A stretch of DNA of 64,000 bases from Burkholderiales bacterium (GCA_030827595.1 JAURED010000003.1:29985-93984); one strand, 5' to 3'. Positions 50,566 to 61,575 are shown, counted from the stretch's first letter. The notes: generated by a model not told the origin, from the sequence alone. Made by a program: numbers and translations.

Positions 50566-51041
50566 TGATGGTGGCCACCAGGACCGTGCACATGTTTATG
50601 TTGAATTTCTTCTTGATTGGCTGAGCGGACTTCTACAATTTTTGCCTTAAACATGACTCTTTGTCCTGCATAAGGATGGTTGCCATCAACAACAACTTTA
50701 CCATCAGCAATATCAGTAACAGTAAATACGACCACATCACCTGATTCATCCTCTCCCTCAAATTGCATTCCAACTTTAACATTTTTCTCGGGAAATTTAT
50801 CGGCAGATTCAATATTTACTAAGTCCTCGTCGTATTCTCCAAAAGCGTCTTTTGGTTCAAGTGAAACTTCTACCTCATCTCCTTGGGCTTTGCCATGCAT
50901 CGCTTCCTCAATTTTTGGAAAAATATTGTCGAAACCCCCGTGAAGGTAAGAAATTGGCTCTTTACTTTTTTCTAAAGTTTTTCCATCACTGTCTGTGAGT
51001 TCAAAATCGATGGTAACCACAGTGTTCATTGAGACTTTCAT
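50559..51041 (-). CDS. slyD: FKBP-type PPIase SlyD
   Basis: YLHG, DGNHPYAG, His-rich tail HKHVHGPGGHHHH. Confidence 0.92.
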   Translation of the reverse strand: MKVSMNTVVTIDFELTDSDGKTLEKSKEPISYLHGGFDNIFPKIEEAMHGKAQGDEVEVSLEPKDAFGEYDEDLVNIESADKFPEKNVKVGMQFEGEDESGDVVVFTVTDIADGKVVVDGNHPYAGQRVMFKAKIVEVRSANQEEIQHKHVHGPGGHHHH

Positions 51042-51049
51042 TTTTTTTC

Positions 51050-52633
51050 CTAACTTTTTTTGTTTAATTGTATCACTGTATCAACTGCTTTTTCTGCTTT
51101 AAGTGGGAAGTCTTTGCTAAAATGCAAGCCTCGACTTTCTTTTCTTTGAAGTGCAGAAATTACGATTAATTCAGACACTTGAAGTAAATTTCTGAGTTCA
51201 ATCAAGTCAGCACTGATATGAAAATTATTATAATAATGTTGTACTTCATCTTTTAAAAGTTCAATTCGATCATATGCTCTTTTAAGGCGTTGGTTTGTGC
51301 GTACAATACCGACATAGTTCCACATAAACCTTCTAAGCTCATTCCAAACTTGTAAAATCATCACAGCTTCATCTGGATTGGACACACGACTTTCATCCCA
51401 CTCCGGGAGGGGTATATGCTTTAAGCTAAGATTTTCAGAAATATGATTAACGGCTGAGGATGAAAAGACTAAACATTCAAGCAAAGAATTGCTGGCCAGT
51501 CTATTCGCTCCATGAAGCCCTGTACAGGCTGTTTCGCCAACTGCATATAATCCCTCAAGGGTCGTCATAGCATTGAGGTCAGTTGCCACACCACCACATG
51601 AATAATGTGCTGCGGGAACAACAGGGATTGGCTCACATGTCATATCAATATCTAATTTTAAGCAATGAGAGTAAATACTTGGAAACCTTTTTTTAATATA
51701 TTCTTTGTCCAGCATTGATATATCTAAATACACATGTTCTAAACCATATTGTTTCATTTCGCTATCAATTGCTCGAGCGACAATATCTCGAGGAGCAAGA
51801 TCTGCTAACTCATGATATTTGTGCATAAATTTTTCACCATTCGGAAGGAGAAGGATGCCACCTTCGCCACGAACAGTTTCAGATATTAAAAAAGAGCGCT
51901 CCATGGGGTGATAAAGGCAAGTTGGATGAAATTGAATGAATTCCATATTTCGAATTTCACATCCAGCACGCCATGCCATAGCAACTCCATCCCCTGTGCT
52001 TACCGGAGGGTTGGTGGTATACAGATAAGCTTTAGATGCTCCTCCGGTTGCTAAAATAGTTTTTTTTGCAGAAATGGTAAATACCTTACCTGTTCGATTT
52101 TCTAAAATATACGCACCCAGGCATCTCTCTGGTAAATCTTTATTTTTAAGCTTGGTCGAGACAATTAAATCTACGGCTGAATGCTCCTCAAAAACAGTGA
52201 TATTTTTCTGGTTGAGTACCTTTTGAATCAAATTATCTTGTATGGCTTTGCCTGTAAAATCTGCGACATGTGCTATACGATTTAATGAATGACCCCCTTC
52301 TCGGGTGAGATGAAGAGAATTTTTGCCATCAATTTTTGTGAATTCAACTCCCTGGTCTATGAGCCATTGAATGGATAAATCACTATTTCGAACGACATGC
52401 CTTACAGTATCCAATTGACATAGGCCAGCCCCAGCTGAAATCGTATCTTGTTCATGCAAATCAAAATTATCATCATGGTTAATTGCACCAGCCACCCCAC
52501 CTTGAGCCCAGTGACTTGAGCTGAGTGATAACTGTCTCTTAACAATAATGGCAACTGATACATTGTGAGCAAATTTTAGTGCAGAAGAGAGTCCTGCAAG
52601 GCCGGCTCCTATGATTAAGACATCAAATTGCAT
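51050..52633 (-). CDS. nadB: L-aspartate oxidase
   Basis: GAGLAGL, AQGGVA, EGGHS, QFHPT, GLHGANRLASNSLLE; divergent from rpoE. Confidence 0.96.
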   Translation of the reverse strand: MQFDVLIIGAGLAGLSSALKFAHNVSVAIIVKRQLSLSSSHWAQGGVAGAINHDDNFDLHEQDTISAGAGLCQLDTVRHVVRNSDLSIQWLIDQGVEFTKIDGKNSLHLTREGGHSLNRIAHVADFTGKAIQDNLIQKVLNQKNITVFEEHSAVDLIVSTKLKNKDLPERCLGAYILENRTGKVFTISAKKTILATGGASKAYLYTTNPPVSTGDGVAMAWRAGCEIRNMEFIQFHPTCLYHPMERSFLISETVRGEGGILLLPNGEKFMHKYHELADLAPRDIVARAIDSEMKQYGLEHVYLDISMLDKEYIKKRFPSIYSHCLKLDIDMTCEPIPVVPAAHYSCGGVATDLNAMTTLEGLYAVGETACTGLHGANRLASNSLLECLVFSSSAVNHISENLSLKHIPLPEWDESRVSNPDEAVMILQVWNELRRFMWNYVGIVRTNQRLKRAYDRIELLKDEVQHYYNNFHISADLIELRNLLQVSELIVISALQRKESRGLHFSKDFPLKAEKAVDTVIQLNKKS

Positions 52634-52643
52634 GTAATTATTT

Positions 52644-52670
52644 GAACCTTTCTATGGAAAGGCTATCACA
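52644..52670 (+). promoter_or_regulatory. SigmaE-type autoregulatory promoter of rpoE
   Basis: GAACCT-N16-TCACA against the ECF sigmaE consensus GAACTT-N16-TCnnA. Confidence 0.65.
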
Positions 52671-52691
52671 AGTGTAAACAAGGAATATAAA

Positions 52692-53381
52692 ATGCATAAT
52701 CTAAAAGTTGTTGATTCTAATAGAAGAGTGTACAGTGAAAAATCTGACACACAAAATAAGAATAATATGAATTTTCCTCCGAAAAATCCGGAGCGCGAAA
52801 TAGATCAAAAACTTGTAGAAAAAGCCCAAAAAGGTGACAAACAAGCTTTTGGCATCCTTGTAGAAAAATATCATAAAAAGTTATATCGTTTACTTTCAAG
52901 AATGGTGCGTGATCAGTCTGAAATAGAAGACATAGTTCAAGACTCTTTTATCAAGGCATATCGTGCGATCAATAATTTTCGTGGCGATAGTGCTTTTTAT
53001 ACCTGGCTTTACCGTATCGGTGTGAACACAGCTAAAAATCATTTAATGGCTCTCGGTCGCAGACCAAAGGCGATGAATGAGGTAGAACTTGAAGATATTG
53101 AGAATTTTGATGATGCGGGTGATTTAAGGTCATACGAGACTCCCGAAAGCGCTATGATGACCAAGGAAATTGCAGCAACGGTTAACGACACTATTGAACA
53201 TCTTCCTGAAGAGTTAAGGTCAGCCATTACCCTTCGCGAGATGGATGGTTTGAGCTATGAAGAAATTGCTGAGATTATGGATTGCCCAATCGGAACAGTC
53301 CGTTCGAGAATTTTTAGAGCTCGGGAATCGATTGCAGAAAAATTAAAACCCTTAATTGAAACATCTAATAAAAGATGGTAA
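52692..53381 (+). CDS. rpoE: ECF sigma factor RpoE
   Basis: FRGDSAFYTWLYRI, LSYEEIA.IMDCPIGTVRSRIFRAR. Alternative start at 52767. Confidence 0.96.
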   Translation: MHNLKVVDSNRRVYSEKSDTQNKNNMNFPPKNPEREIDQKLVEKAQKGDKQAFGILVEKYHKKLYRLLSRMVRDQSEIEDIVQDSFIKAYRAINNFRGDSAFYTWLYRIGVNTAKNHLMALGRRPKAMNEVELEDIENFDDAGDLRSYETPESAMMTKEIAATVNDTIEHLPEELRSAITLREMDGLSYEEIAEIMDCPIGTVRSRIFRARESIAEKLKPLIETSNKRW

Positions 53382-53416
53382 AGATTATGCGATTATTACG
53401 TAAGGAATTAAATTAA

Positions 53417-53893
53417 ATGTCTGAAAGAGTATCATCAATTTTTGATAATGAATTGAAAGGTAAAGATCTTGATATCAGCCTCAATGAGCTAGCAAAAAAT
53501 CCTAGTGCTTTATCAAAATATAAAACATATCAAATGATTAGCGATGTGCTAAATAATGAATATTCAGAAGTTGACCCTATGCTGACTTCAAAAATTATGT
53601 CAAAAATTAATAATGAACCTACTCAGTTTAATAATGGTTTCTTTAGATCTAATCAATCATCAGTAAGTTTTGATTATAAGAAATATGTGCTTGTGTTTAC
53701 ATTGGGGCTTGTAATTGCTTTTGTTATATCATGGGCCGCAAATTTTTATTTCAATGCATCCTCTAATAATTTTTCGTCAAATGATTTTTTAGCGTCTGAC
53801 GATGTATCTCTTGAAATTATTGAAGATCATTTTTCAAATACAACACGAAATCCAAATTACTATTTAGAAGCTGGATATCAGTCTAATATTTAG
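53417..53893 (+). CDS. rseA: Anti-sigmaE factor RseA, short
   Basis: ERVSSIFDNEL...YQMISDVL N-terminal domain plus one TM; follows rpoE. Confidence 0.8.
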   Translation: MSERVSSIFDNELKGKDLDISLNELAKNPSALSKYKTYQMISDVLNNEYSEVDPMLTSKIMSKINNEPTQFNNGFFRSNQSSVSFDYKKYVLVFTLGLVIAFVISWAANFYFNASSNNFSSNDFLASDDVSLEIIEDHFSNTTRNPNYYLEAGYQSNI

Positions 53894-53894
53894 T

Positions 53895-54848
53895 ATGTTT
53901 AGACTCCTATTTCTTCTACTTGTCTCTTTTTCAGGGATGGCTGCCACTGAGTCGGATCTTTGGGAAAAAATTAATAAAGCATCTCTTGCAAGTCAAAACC
54001 TCTGCTATTCAGGGATACTAAATACGGTTGATGAAAAACAAGATATAAACTCAACGCGGATGATTCATGTTTACCACAAAAATGAAGAATTTTTAAAAAT
54101 TGAAAAGATCGATGGAGCACCTAATTTATTATTGATGCATCAAACAGATGCGGTTTTATACGACAATGATCATGACAAGATTCTAATCAAGAGAAAAAAA
54201 AATGCTCGTCTGTTTCCTAATATTTTTCCAACCAGTGTTGAAAAGTTAAAAGAAAATTATTCTATTTTTGATGGGGGACCGTTCCGAGTGGCGAATCGAC
54301 CATCGACAATGTTTGTGCTGAGCCCAAAAGATCAATATCGTTTTAATTATCATTTATGGCTTGATGATGAGACCAGCTTACCTCTTAAATTAATGGTGAT
54401 TGATAATAATCAAAAAACCATTGAAAACATATCTTTTGCAAATTTAGAATTTCTTTCTAATGAGGATGTGAGTTGGTTCCGTCCAAATCTTGATCCTCAA
54501 AAAAAATATATTATTAATGAAGAAAATCAATTATCACAATCTGTCCGAAAATTTTGGAGTGTTGAACAACTACCCCAAGGTTTTGAAGAGGTGAGTTACA
54601 ATGCCAAACGTTACTCAGGGTTGAATGCGATTGCCCACCAAATCGTATTCACTGACGGCTTATCCTACATTTCAGTCTTTATCCACCCCGTTCCTAAGAA
54701 TCAAAAACCGCAAACTGGTTCGACTCGAAAGGGTTCCAATAATATTCATGCTAAATATAAACAAGGTTATCAGATCATGGCAGTCGGCGCTGTTCCAATG
54801 ACTACTTTGACTCGTTTAACAGATAACGTTAATTTAAGTAATGAGTGA
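53895..54848 (+). CDS. rseB: Periplasmic regulator RseB/MucB
   Basis: RVANR...PKDQYRF.Y.LWLD, LPQGF, FTDGL..ISVF. Confidence 0.88.
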   Translation: MFRLLFLLLVSFSGMAATESDLWEKINKASLASQNLCYSGILNTVDEKQDINSTRMIHVYHKNEEFLKIEKIDGAPNLLLMHQTDAVLYDNDHDKILIKRKKNARLFPNIFPTSVEKLKENYSIFDGGPFRVANRPSTMFVLSPKDQYRFNYHLWLDDETSLPLKLMVIDNNQKTIENISFANLEFLSNEDVSWFRPNLDPQKKYIINEENQLSQSVRKFWSVEQLPQGFEEVSYNAKRYSGLNAIAHQIVFTDGLSYISVFIHPVPKNQKPQTGSTRKGSNNIHAKYKQGYQIMAVGAVPMTTLTRLTDNVNLSNE

Positions 54849-55254
54849 CAAAGGAATTGTGGTGAAGATTACGAGCTCTAAAATTTTTTTAGAGTCATAC
54901 CGCGATCAACCTTGTGGTTTATGTGGAAAAAATCAAGGTTGTGGTAACTCCCTGTGGGGGAAATTTTTGAATCATAAAAGTGATTTAATCGCGGTTGATA
55001 ATAATATTGAGGTAAAACAAGGTGACATCGTCAATATTCATTATGATGAAAGAAAGCTTTTAAAAATTTCTTTAATGATTTATTTTGTTCCGCTCCTGTC
55101 ACTCTTGTTTTTTTTATCATTGGCACAATATTATTTAAATGGTGTGGGCTATTCCTTATTGGGAGCAATTTTTGGTATTTTTTTTGGGATTTTAATAAGC
55201 CGAAAGTTTACAAAATCCTCTGGCTTGGATTTGAATCTTACAATCAGTAAATAA
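54841..55254 (+). CDS. rseC: RseC/MucC family protein
   Basis: CGLC....GCG motif, Y.VPL, two TMs. Confidence 0.85.
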   Translation: MSDKGIVVKITSSKIFLESYRDQPCGLCGKNQGCGNSLWGKFLNHKSDLIAVDNNIEVKQGDIVNIHYDERKLLKISLMIYFVPLLSLLFFLSLAQYYLNGVGYSLLGAIFGIFFGILISRKFTKSSGLDLNLTISK

Positions 55255-55278
55255 GTTTAGTTAGGAGATGTTTTTTTT

Positions 55279-56688
55279 ATGAAATGCTTTAAAACTTTAA
55301 TTTCATTTTGTGTCATGTTAATCCCGATAATCAGCAATGCATTAACTCTTCCTGACTTTACCGAGCTTGCTGAAAATCAAGGAAAAACAGTTGTAAATAT
55401 TACCTCTATAAAAAATACCGTGACGCCAGCAGGCAACACGCCGCCTTTCCCATACGATGAACATTTGCAGGAGTTTTTTAAGCGATTTGGTATACCTGGT
55501 TTCCCGGGGGGAATTCCTCCGAATGGAAATGCAGCTCCACAGGAAAAGCAGGTTATGGGAACCGGTTCAGGCTTCATTATTGATAGCAAAGGGATTGTGA
55601 TCACAAATGCGCATGTCGTAAATGATGCAGACACGGTTATAGTTAAATTGAATGATCAGAGAGAAATTCAAGCTGAGGTGCTTGGCGTTGATAAAAGGAC
55701 GGATGTGGCGGTTTTAAAAATTAAGGCAGACAATCTACCCAAAGTAACTATTGGCGACCCTTCAAAACTCAAAGTTGGAGAGTGGGTGGCGGCGATTGGC
55801 TCACCTTTTGGTCTGGAAAGCACCATGACGGTTGGAGTTGTTAGTGCGTTGGGAAGAAATTTACCACAAGAAAATTATGTGCCTTTTATTCAAACCGATG
55901 TAGCAATTAATCCTGGTAATTCAGGTGGACCATTATTTAATACTGTAGGTGAAGTTGTAGGGATTAATTCTCAAATATATTCAAGAACTGGGGGTTATAT
56001 GGGACTCTCGTTTGCAATTCCGATTGATGTGGCCATTAATGTGGCTGAGCAGCTCCAAAAAGATGGAAAAGTTTCAAGAGGTTGGCTAGGAATTGCCATA
56101 CAAGAAATTAGCAAAGAACTTTCAGAATCATTTGGAATGAAAACAACCCAAGGCGCCTTAGTTGCTGGGGTGGAAAAAGAGTCTCCAGCGGATAAAGGTG
56201 GCCTTAAACCGGGTGATGTTATTTTAAAGTTTAATGAAAAAGATATTAAAACATCCTCAGATTTACCAAAATTTGTTTCTGCAACAAAGCCAAATACAGA
56301 AGTGGCTGTAGTCATCTTAAGACAAGGAAAAGAGCAAAGTTTAACCATCACCATTGGTGAAATGCCGACTGATGACATGGTGGTTGCGCGAAAAAATTCT
56401 GAACAAGCAAAGAAAAATAGAATTGGATTGGTGGTGAAAGATTTGACACCACAGCAGAAAAAGCAAATCAAAGAAAATGCGGGTATTTTAGTCGTCGAAG
56501 CTGCTGATGCTGCGCTGAATGCTGGGATTAGACAAGGTGATGTGATTTTAGGGTTAAATAATAATCCAATCACATCAGCACAATCGTTTAATCAAGCCAT
56601 TAAAAAGATTGCAAAAGGAAAAACGATTGCTTTATTGGTTTATCGTAACGGGGATACGCTTTACGTTCCAATTAAAATAACCAATTAG
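55279..56688 (+). CDS. degP: DegP/MucD-family serine protease with two PDZ domains
   Basis: TNAHVV, DVAV, QTDVAINPGNSGGPL; signal peptide. Confidence 0.92.
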   Translation: MKCFKTLISFCVMLIPIISNALTLPDFTELAENQGKTVVNITSIKNTVTPAGNTPPFPYDEHLQEFFKRFGIPGFPGGIPPNGNAAPQEKQVMGTGSGFIIDSKGIVITNAHVVNDADTVIVKLNDQREIQAEVLGVDKRTDVAVLKIKADNLPKVTIGDPSKLKVGEWVAAIGSPFGLESTMTVGVVSALGRNLPQENYVPFIQTDVAINPGNSGGPLFNTVGEVVGINSQIYSRTGGYMGLSFAIPIDVAINVAEQLQKDGKVSRGWLGIAIQEISKELSESFGMKTTQGALVAGVEKESPADKGGLKPGDVILKFNEKDIKTSSDLPKFVSATKPNTEVAVVILRQGKEQSLTITIGEMPTDDMVVARKNSEQAKKNRIGLVVKDLTPQQKKQIKENAGILVVEAADAALNAGIRQGDVILGLNNNPITSAQSFNQAIKKIAKGKTIALLVYRNGDTLYVPIKITN

Positions 56689-56715
56689 AATTGATTAGGG
56701 TAAAATCACACAATC

Positions 56716-56740
56716 AAAGGCGCGTAGGCGCCTTTATTTG
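56716..56740 (+). terminator. GC-rich hairpin with U-rich tail between degP and lepA
   Basis: AAAGGCGC-gtag-GCGCCTTT-atttg. Confidence 0.65.
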
Positions 56741-56759
56741 TTCATATTATTAAACTTTC

Positions 56760-58556
56760 ATGCAAAAAAATATTAGAAACTTTTCAATTATTGCTCACAT
56801 TGACCATGGTAAATCTACACTAGCCGATCGCTTAATCCAGTCATGTGGGGGTCTAGAAGAACGAGAAATGGATGACCAAGTTTTAGACTCGATGGATCTT
56901 GAGCGCGAGCGAGGGATTACCATTAAAGCTCAAACAGTGACTTTGAAATATAAAGCCAATAATGGACAAGACTATATTTTAAATTTAATTGATACCCCTG
57001 GTCATGTTGATTTTACTTATGAGGTCAGTCGCTCACTGGCAGCCTGTGAAGGCGGATTATTGGTGGTTGATGCTTCACAAGGAGTTGAAGCGCAAACGGT
57101 CGCCAATTGCTACACGGCTCTAGATCAAAATGTCGAAGTCTTTACCGTGCTCAATAAAATTGATCTGGCTTCAGCGGATCCTGAGCGGGTTAAAGGTGAA
57201 ATAGAGGATGTCATTGGTATTGATGCATCAGATGCAATTCCTTGCTCGGCAAAAACGGGTTTCGGAATTCCAGACATATTAGAAAAAATAGTCTCGTTTG
57301 TTCCTCCTCCTAAAGGCGACCCAAAAAATAATCTCCAAGCATTAATTATTGATGCATGGTTTGATAATTATGTTGGCGTGGTGATGCTGGTTCGAATTGT
57401 CGAAGGTGTGTTAACGACAAAAGACAAAATTACCTTAATGTCGAATGGACGATATTTTAATGCTGATCAAGTTGGTGTTTTTACACCCAAACCATTAATT
57501 AAAGAAAAACTTGAGGCGGGTGAAGTGGGTTTTGTGATTGCTGGAATCAAAGAATTAGCAATAGCTAAAGTGGGAGATACCATTACCCATACGGCAAAAC
57601 CAGCACAATCACCACTACCAGGATTTAGAGAAATCAAACCTCAAGTGTTTGCCGGCCTATATCCGGTCGAGTCTAATCAATTTGAGGCGCTCAGAACCTC
57701 GCTTGAAAAGTTAAGCTTAAATGACGCTTCGTTACATTTTGAACCAGAAAATTCAAGTGCGCTTGGGTTTGGGTTTCGATGCGGATTTTTAGGCCTATTG
57801 CATATGGATATTATTCAAGAAAGGTTGGAAAGAGAATACGAGATGGAACTGATTACTACTGCACCAACAGTGGTATATGAGTTATTGTTGAAAAATGGGG
57901 ATATAAAACAAATTGAAAATCCATCAAAACTTCCTGATCTCTCAACCATTGAGGAAATTCGTGAACCTATCATTACCTTAAATATTTTAATGCCTCAAGA
58001 TTATGTTGGACCCGTGATGACTCTAGCTAATGAAAAGAGGGGGGAGCAAAAAAATATGCAATACTTGGGGAGGCAGGTGATGCTAACTTATGAAATCCCA
58101 CTAAATGAGGTGGTATTGGATTTTTTTGATAAGTTAAAATCTGTCTCGAGAGGATATGCCTCCATGGATTATGATTTTTTAGAATTTAGAGCTTCTGATC
58201 TGGTTAAATTAGATATTCTTGTCAATGGTGAGCGAGTCGATGCGCTATCCACCATTGTGCATCGATTAAATAGTAAATATAGAGGGCGAGATCTAGCTGC
58301 TAAAATGAGAGAATTGATTCCAAGGCAAATGTTTGATGTAGCTATTCAATCAGCAATTGGAGCGAATATTATTGCTCGTGAGACAGTAAAAGCTATGCGA
58401 AAAAACGTTTTGGCAAAGTGTTATGGTGGTGATGTGAGTAGAAAGAGAAAATTGTTAGAAAAACAAAAAGAAGGAAAAAAGAGAATGAAACAAGTGGGTA
58501 ATGTTGAAATACCTCAAGAAGCGTTTTTAGCGATTTTGAAAGTGGATGAGAAATGA
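56760..58556 (+). CDS. lepA: Elongation factor 4
   Basis: [37 protein letters not shown]. Confidence 0.98.
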   Translation: MQKNIRNFSIIAHIDHGKSTLADRLIQSCGGLEEREMDDQVLDSMDLERERGITIKAQTVTLKYKANNGQDYILNLIDTPGHVDFTYEVSRSLAACEGGLLVVDASQGVEAQTVANCYTALDQNVEVFTVLNKIDLASADPERVKGEIEDVIGIDASDAIPCSAKTGFGIPDILEKIVSFVPPPKGDPKNNLQALIIDAWFDNYVGVVMLVRIVEGVLTTKDKITLMSNGRYFNADQVGVFTPKPLIKEKLEAGEVGFVIAGIKELAIAKVGDTITHTAKPAQSPLPGFREIKPQVFAGLYPVESNQFEALRTSLEKLSLNDASLHFEPENSSALGFGFRCGFLGLLHMDIIQERLEREYEMELITTAPTVVYELLLKNGDIKQIENPSKLPDLSTIEEIREPIITLNILMPQDYVGPVMTLANEKRGEQKNMQYLGRQVMLTYEIPLNEVVLDFFDKLKSVSRGYASMDYDFLEFRASDLVKLDILVNGERVDALSTIVHRLNSKYRGRDLAAKMRELIPRQMFDVAIQSAIGANIIARETVKAMRKNVLAKCYGGDVSRKRKLLEKQKEGKKRMKQVGNVEIPQEAFLAILKVDEK

Positions 58557-59296
58557 TTTTTGCAAGCATCTTAATGGCGTCAACCTTTATATTTGGCTTA
58601 ATTTTGTTAGTTGATATTTTTTTTAAAATTTCACTGACCTCATCACAGTCATGGCTGTTAAGGGTAATAAAAATTGCCCGAGAATTTTTCCCCATTCTAT
58701 TGTTAGTTTTTGTCATTAGAACCTTCCTCATTGAGCCATTTAAAATTCCATCAGGTTCTATGATGCCGACATTAATTGCGGGTGATTTTATTGCAGTTAA
58801 TAAATTTGCTTACGGATTGAGATTACCGGTATTTAATAAATTAATTTATAAAATTGGATCGCCACAAAGGGGCGATGTTTTTGTGTTTCATTACCCCAAA
58901 GATCCCTCCATTGATTATATTAAAAGGGTCATTGGTGTTCCTGGCGATACCATCCGCTATGAGAGCAAAAAATTATTTATCAATAACCAAGAATTGTCAC
59001 AATCTTATTTGGGAGAGTATGAGTATCAGCTTAATGCAGACTTGAGTCTAAAAGCCAAAGAATTTTTAGAAACAAATAATAACCTGAGTCATTCAATTTT
59101 GATTCATGACATCCCATCAGAAACTATCGAATTCACGGTCCCTGAAGGTCATTATTTTGCTATGGGAGATAATAGAGATAATTCATCTGACAGTCGGGTA
59201 TGGGGATTTGTCCCAGATCATTTGCTAGTGGGTAAAGCTTTTGTGATTTGGTTAAACTTTAATGATTTCAATCGTATAGGTTCTTGGATTAGATAA
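58553..59296 (+). CDS. lepB: Signal peptidase I
   Basis: [34 protein letters not shown]. Confidence 0.96.
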   Translation: MIFASILMASTFIFGLILLVDIFFKISLTSSQSWLLRVIKIAREFFPILLLVFVIRTFLIEPFKIPSGSMMPTLIAGDFIAVNKFAYGLRLPVFNKLIYKIGSPQRGDVFVFHYPKDPSIDYIKRVIGVPGDTIRYESKKLFINNQELSQSYLGEYEYQLNADLSLKAKEFLETNNNLSHSILIHDIPSETIEFTVPEGHYFAMGDNRDNSSDSRVWGFVPDHLLVGKAFVIWLNFNDFNRIGSWIR

Positions 59297-59982
59297 TGGA
59301 TGATTTGACAATAAAACAGTTAATTGAATTATTAAATTATTCTTTTAAAGACCCCAAGTTACTAGAAAAAGCTTTAACGCATCGAAGTTATGATGGGGAA
59401 AATAATGAACGTCTGGAATTTCTTGGTGACAGCATTCTGAATTTCACGATTGCAGAGTCTTTATTTAAAAAATTTCCCAATTTACCTGAAGGCGATTTAA
59501 GTCGACTCAGGGCCACATTGGTCAAAGCAAGCGCTTTGGCAGAAGTGGCTTCAAAAATAAAGTTAGGTGACTTTATTCTGCTTGGTGAGGGTGAATTAAA
59601 AAGTGCGGGATGGAGAAGACCTTCTATTCTTGCAGACTGTTTTGAAGCGATTATTGGCGCATTATATCTAGATGGAGGTCTAGCGCCTGCACAAAAATTC
59701 ATACTCAATAACTTTAATGATTGGTTAGATCAAATCAATCCAGCGAGAATTGATAAGGATTCAAAAACGGCATTACAAGAACTTTTGCAATCTAAAAAAT
59801 TAATGCTTCCAAAGTATGAGGTGATTGAAATTAAAGGTGAGGCGCATGCTCAGGAATTTATTGTCAGATGTTCGGTTCAACAATTAAGTCTATCGGCTGA
59901 AGCTTCAGGCCCCTCAAGACGCACAGCAGAACAAGAAGCCGCTACCATTACCATCCCATTGGTAAAAGAAAAATTAACATGA
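59296..59982 (+). CDS. rnc: Ribonuclease III
   Basis: NERLEFLGDS signature and C-terminal dsRBD. Confidence 0.97.
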   Translation: MDDLTIKQLIELLNYSFKDPKLLEKALTHRSYDGENNERLEFLGDSILNFTIAESLFKKFPNLPEGDLSRLRATLVKASALAEVASKIKLGDFILLGEGELKSAGWRRPSILADCFEAIIGALYLDGGLAPAQKFILNNFNDWLDQINPARIDKDSKTALQELLQSKKLMLPKYEVIEIKGEAHAQEFIVRCSVQQLSLSAEASGPSRRTAEQEAATITIPLVKEKLT

Positions 59983-60860
59983 TGGATCAAAGATGCGGCA
60001 AGGTAGCAATCATAGGTCAACCTAATGTTGGCAAGTCTACCTTGCTCAATTTTATTCTTGGTCAGAAACTGTCCATCACCTCCAGAAAAGCACAAACAAC
60101 GCGAAACCAGATCTTAGGAATTCATACTGTAGAGAATACACAATATATATTTGTTGATACGCCCGGCTATCAACACAAGTTCTTAAATGAAATGAATAAA
60201 AGAATGAATAAATCTGTAACTACCGTTATGCATGATGTCGATTTAGTTATTTTTATGTCTGAGCCTGAGGAATTAAATGAGGTTGAAAAAAAACTATTAA
60301 ATCAAATCCCAAAAAGTGTCCCGGTCATAAATCTAATCAACAAAATTGATAAAATTAAAAATAAGAATCAGATCTTGGAGTTAATAAAACTCAATACAGA
60401 GCTCAGTTTTTTTAAAAAAATTATCCCTGCCTCTATTAAACTCAAAGATAACCAACAAGTGATTCTCGATGAAATTCGGGAATTTCTTCCACAGCAACCG
60501 TTTATTTTTGATGCGGATGAAATTACTGATAAAAATGAACGATTTTTAGCAGCTGAAATTATTCGCGAAAAAATCTTTCGTTTAACTGGAGATGAGCTTC
60601 CCTATGTTATTGCAGTGGAAATAGATGATTTTCAGACCACAGGCAATTTAAGAAGAGTGTTTGCATCGGTTTTAGTCGACAAAGATAGTCAAAAGCCATT
60701 ACTGATTGGAAAAAATGGCGAAAAACTCAAGAGAATATCCTCAGATTCGCGAAGGGATATGGAAAAATTATTTGGCTCTAAAGTCTGGTTAGAAGTTTGG
60801 GTCAAGGTACAAAAAAATTGGTTTGATGATGCAAGAGCTTTAAAGTCATTAGGAATATAA
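59979..60860 (+). CDS. era: GTPase Era
   Basis: GQPNVGKSTL, QTTR, DTPG, NKID, KH domain IGKNG. Confidence 0.97.
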   Translation: MMDQRCGKVAIIGQPNVGKSTLLNFILGQKLSITSRKAQTTRNQILGIHTVENTQYIFVDTPGYQHKFLNEMNKRMNKSVTTVMHDVDLVIFMSEPEELNEVEKKLLNQIPKSVPVINLINKIDKIKNKNQILELIKLNTELSFFKKIIPASIKLKDNQQVILDEIREFLPQQPFIFDADEITDKNERFLAAEIIREKIFRLTGDELPYVIAVEIDDFQTTGNLRRVFASVLVDKDSQKPLLIGKNGEKLKRISSDSRRDMEKLFGSKVWLEVWVKVQKNWFDDARALKSLGI

Positions 60861-60864
60861 TGAA

Positions 60865-61575
60865 ATGCGTTTTGATGAACAAAATATTTATATTCTTCAC
60901 ACCTATCCCTTCAAAGAAACCAGTCTTTTAGTTGAGGTATTTTCCGAACATTATGGAAGATTATCCTTATTGGCTAAAGGCGCCAGAAGACCCCGATCTT
61001 TACTTAGAGGCTATCTGCAACCTTTTCAACAAGTTCAAGGAACTTGGTCTGGGAGCGGCGATTTAAAAACTTTATTTAGTGTTGAATGGACTTCAAAATA
61101 TCTCGGATTACAAGAGCAAGGATTAGTTTGTGGATTTTATATGAACGAGCTTTTAATCAAGTTGCTGCCAAAGGACGAGCCTGTACAAAATTTTTTTAAT
61201 TTTTACCATAGTTGTCTTCATCAGCTATCATCATCAAAAGATTATGAAAAAATTTTAAGACGTTTTGAGATCAAATTACTTGAAGAGCTTGGGTATCAAG
61301 TCAAACTTTTAGTGGACGAGGATGAAAATGAAATTATGGCCGATCAACTATATAGATTTGAAGCAGAGTATGGCGCCTCTTTATTAGATAAAACCAATCA
61401 TGGAATTAAATTGAGAGGCAAAACGTTACTGGATATGGCCAACGATGATTATCAAGATCCAGTAACAGTGAAAGAGAGTAAATCATTAATGCGCTATCTA
61501 ATAAATTTTTACATGGGCAATGAGACATTAAAAACTAAAGAATTATTTTTAAAAAATGAAATGGAAAGAAAATGA
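60865..61575 (+). CDS. recO: DNA repair protein RecO
   Basis: LH.YPFKETSL, AKGARR, YMNELL; follows era. Confidence 0.93.
   Translation: MRFDEQNIYILHTYPFKETSLLVEVFSEHYGRLSLLAKGARRPRSLLRGYLQPFQQVQGTWSGSGDLKTLFSVEWTSKYLGLQEQGLVCGFYMNELLIKLLPKDEPVQNFFNFYHSCLHQLSSSKDYEKILRRFEIKLLEELGYQVKLLVDEDENEIMADQLYRFEAEYGASLLDKTNHGIKLRGKTLLDMANDDYQDPVTVKESKSLMRYLINFYMGNETLKTKELFLKNEMERK

Noticed and set aside
50559-50600. His-tag-like tail suggesting an engineered sequence
   Set aside because: It is the natural His-rich C-terminus of SlyD.
55995-56573. 192-aa antisense ORF inside degP
   Set aside because: Lies entirely opposite a conserved gene and has no recognisable motif; a typical shadow frame.
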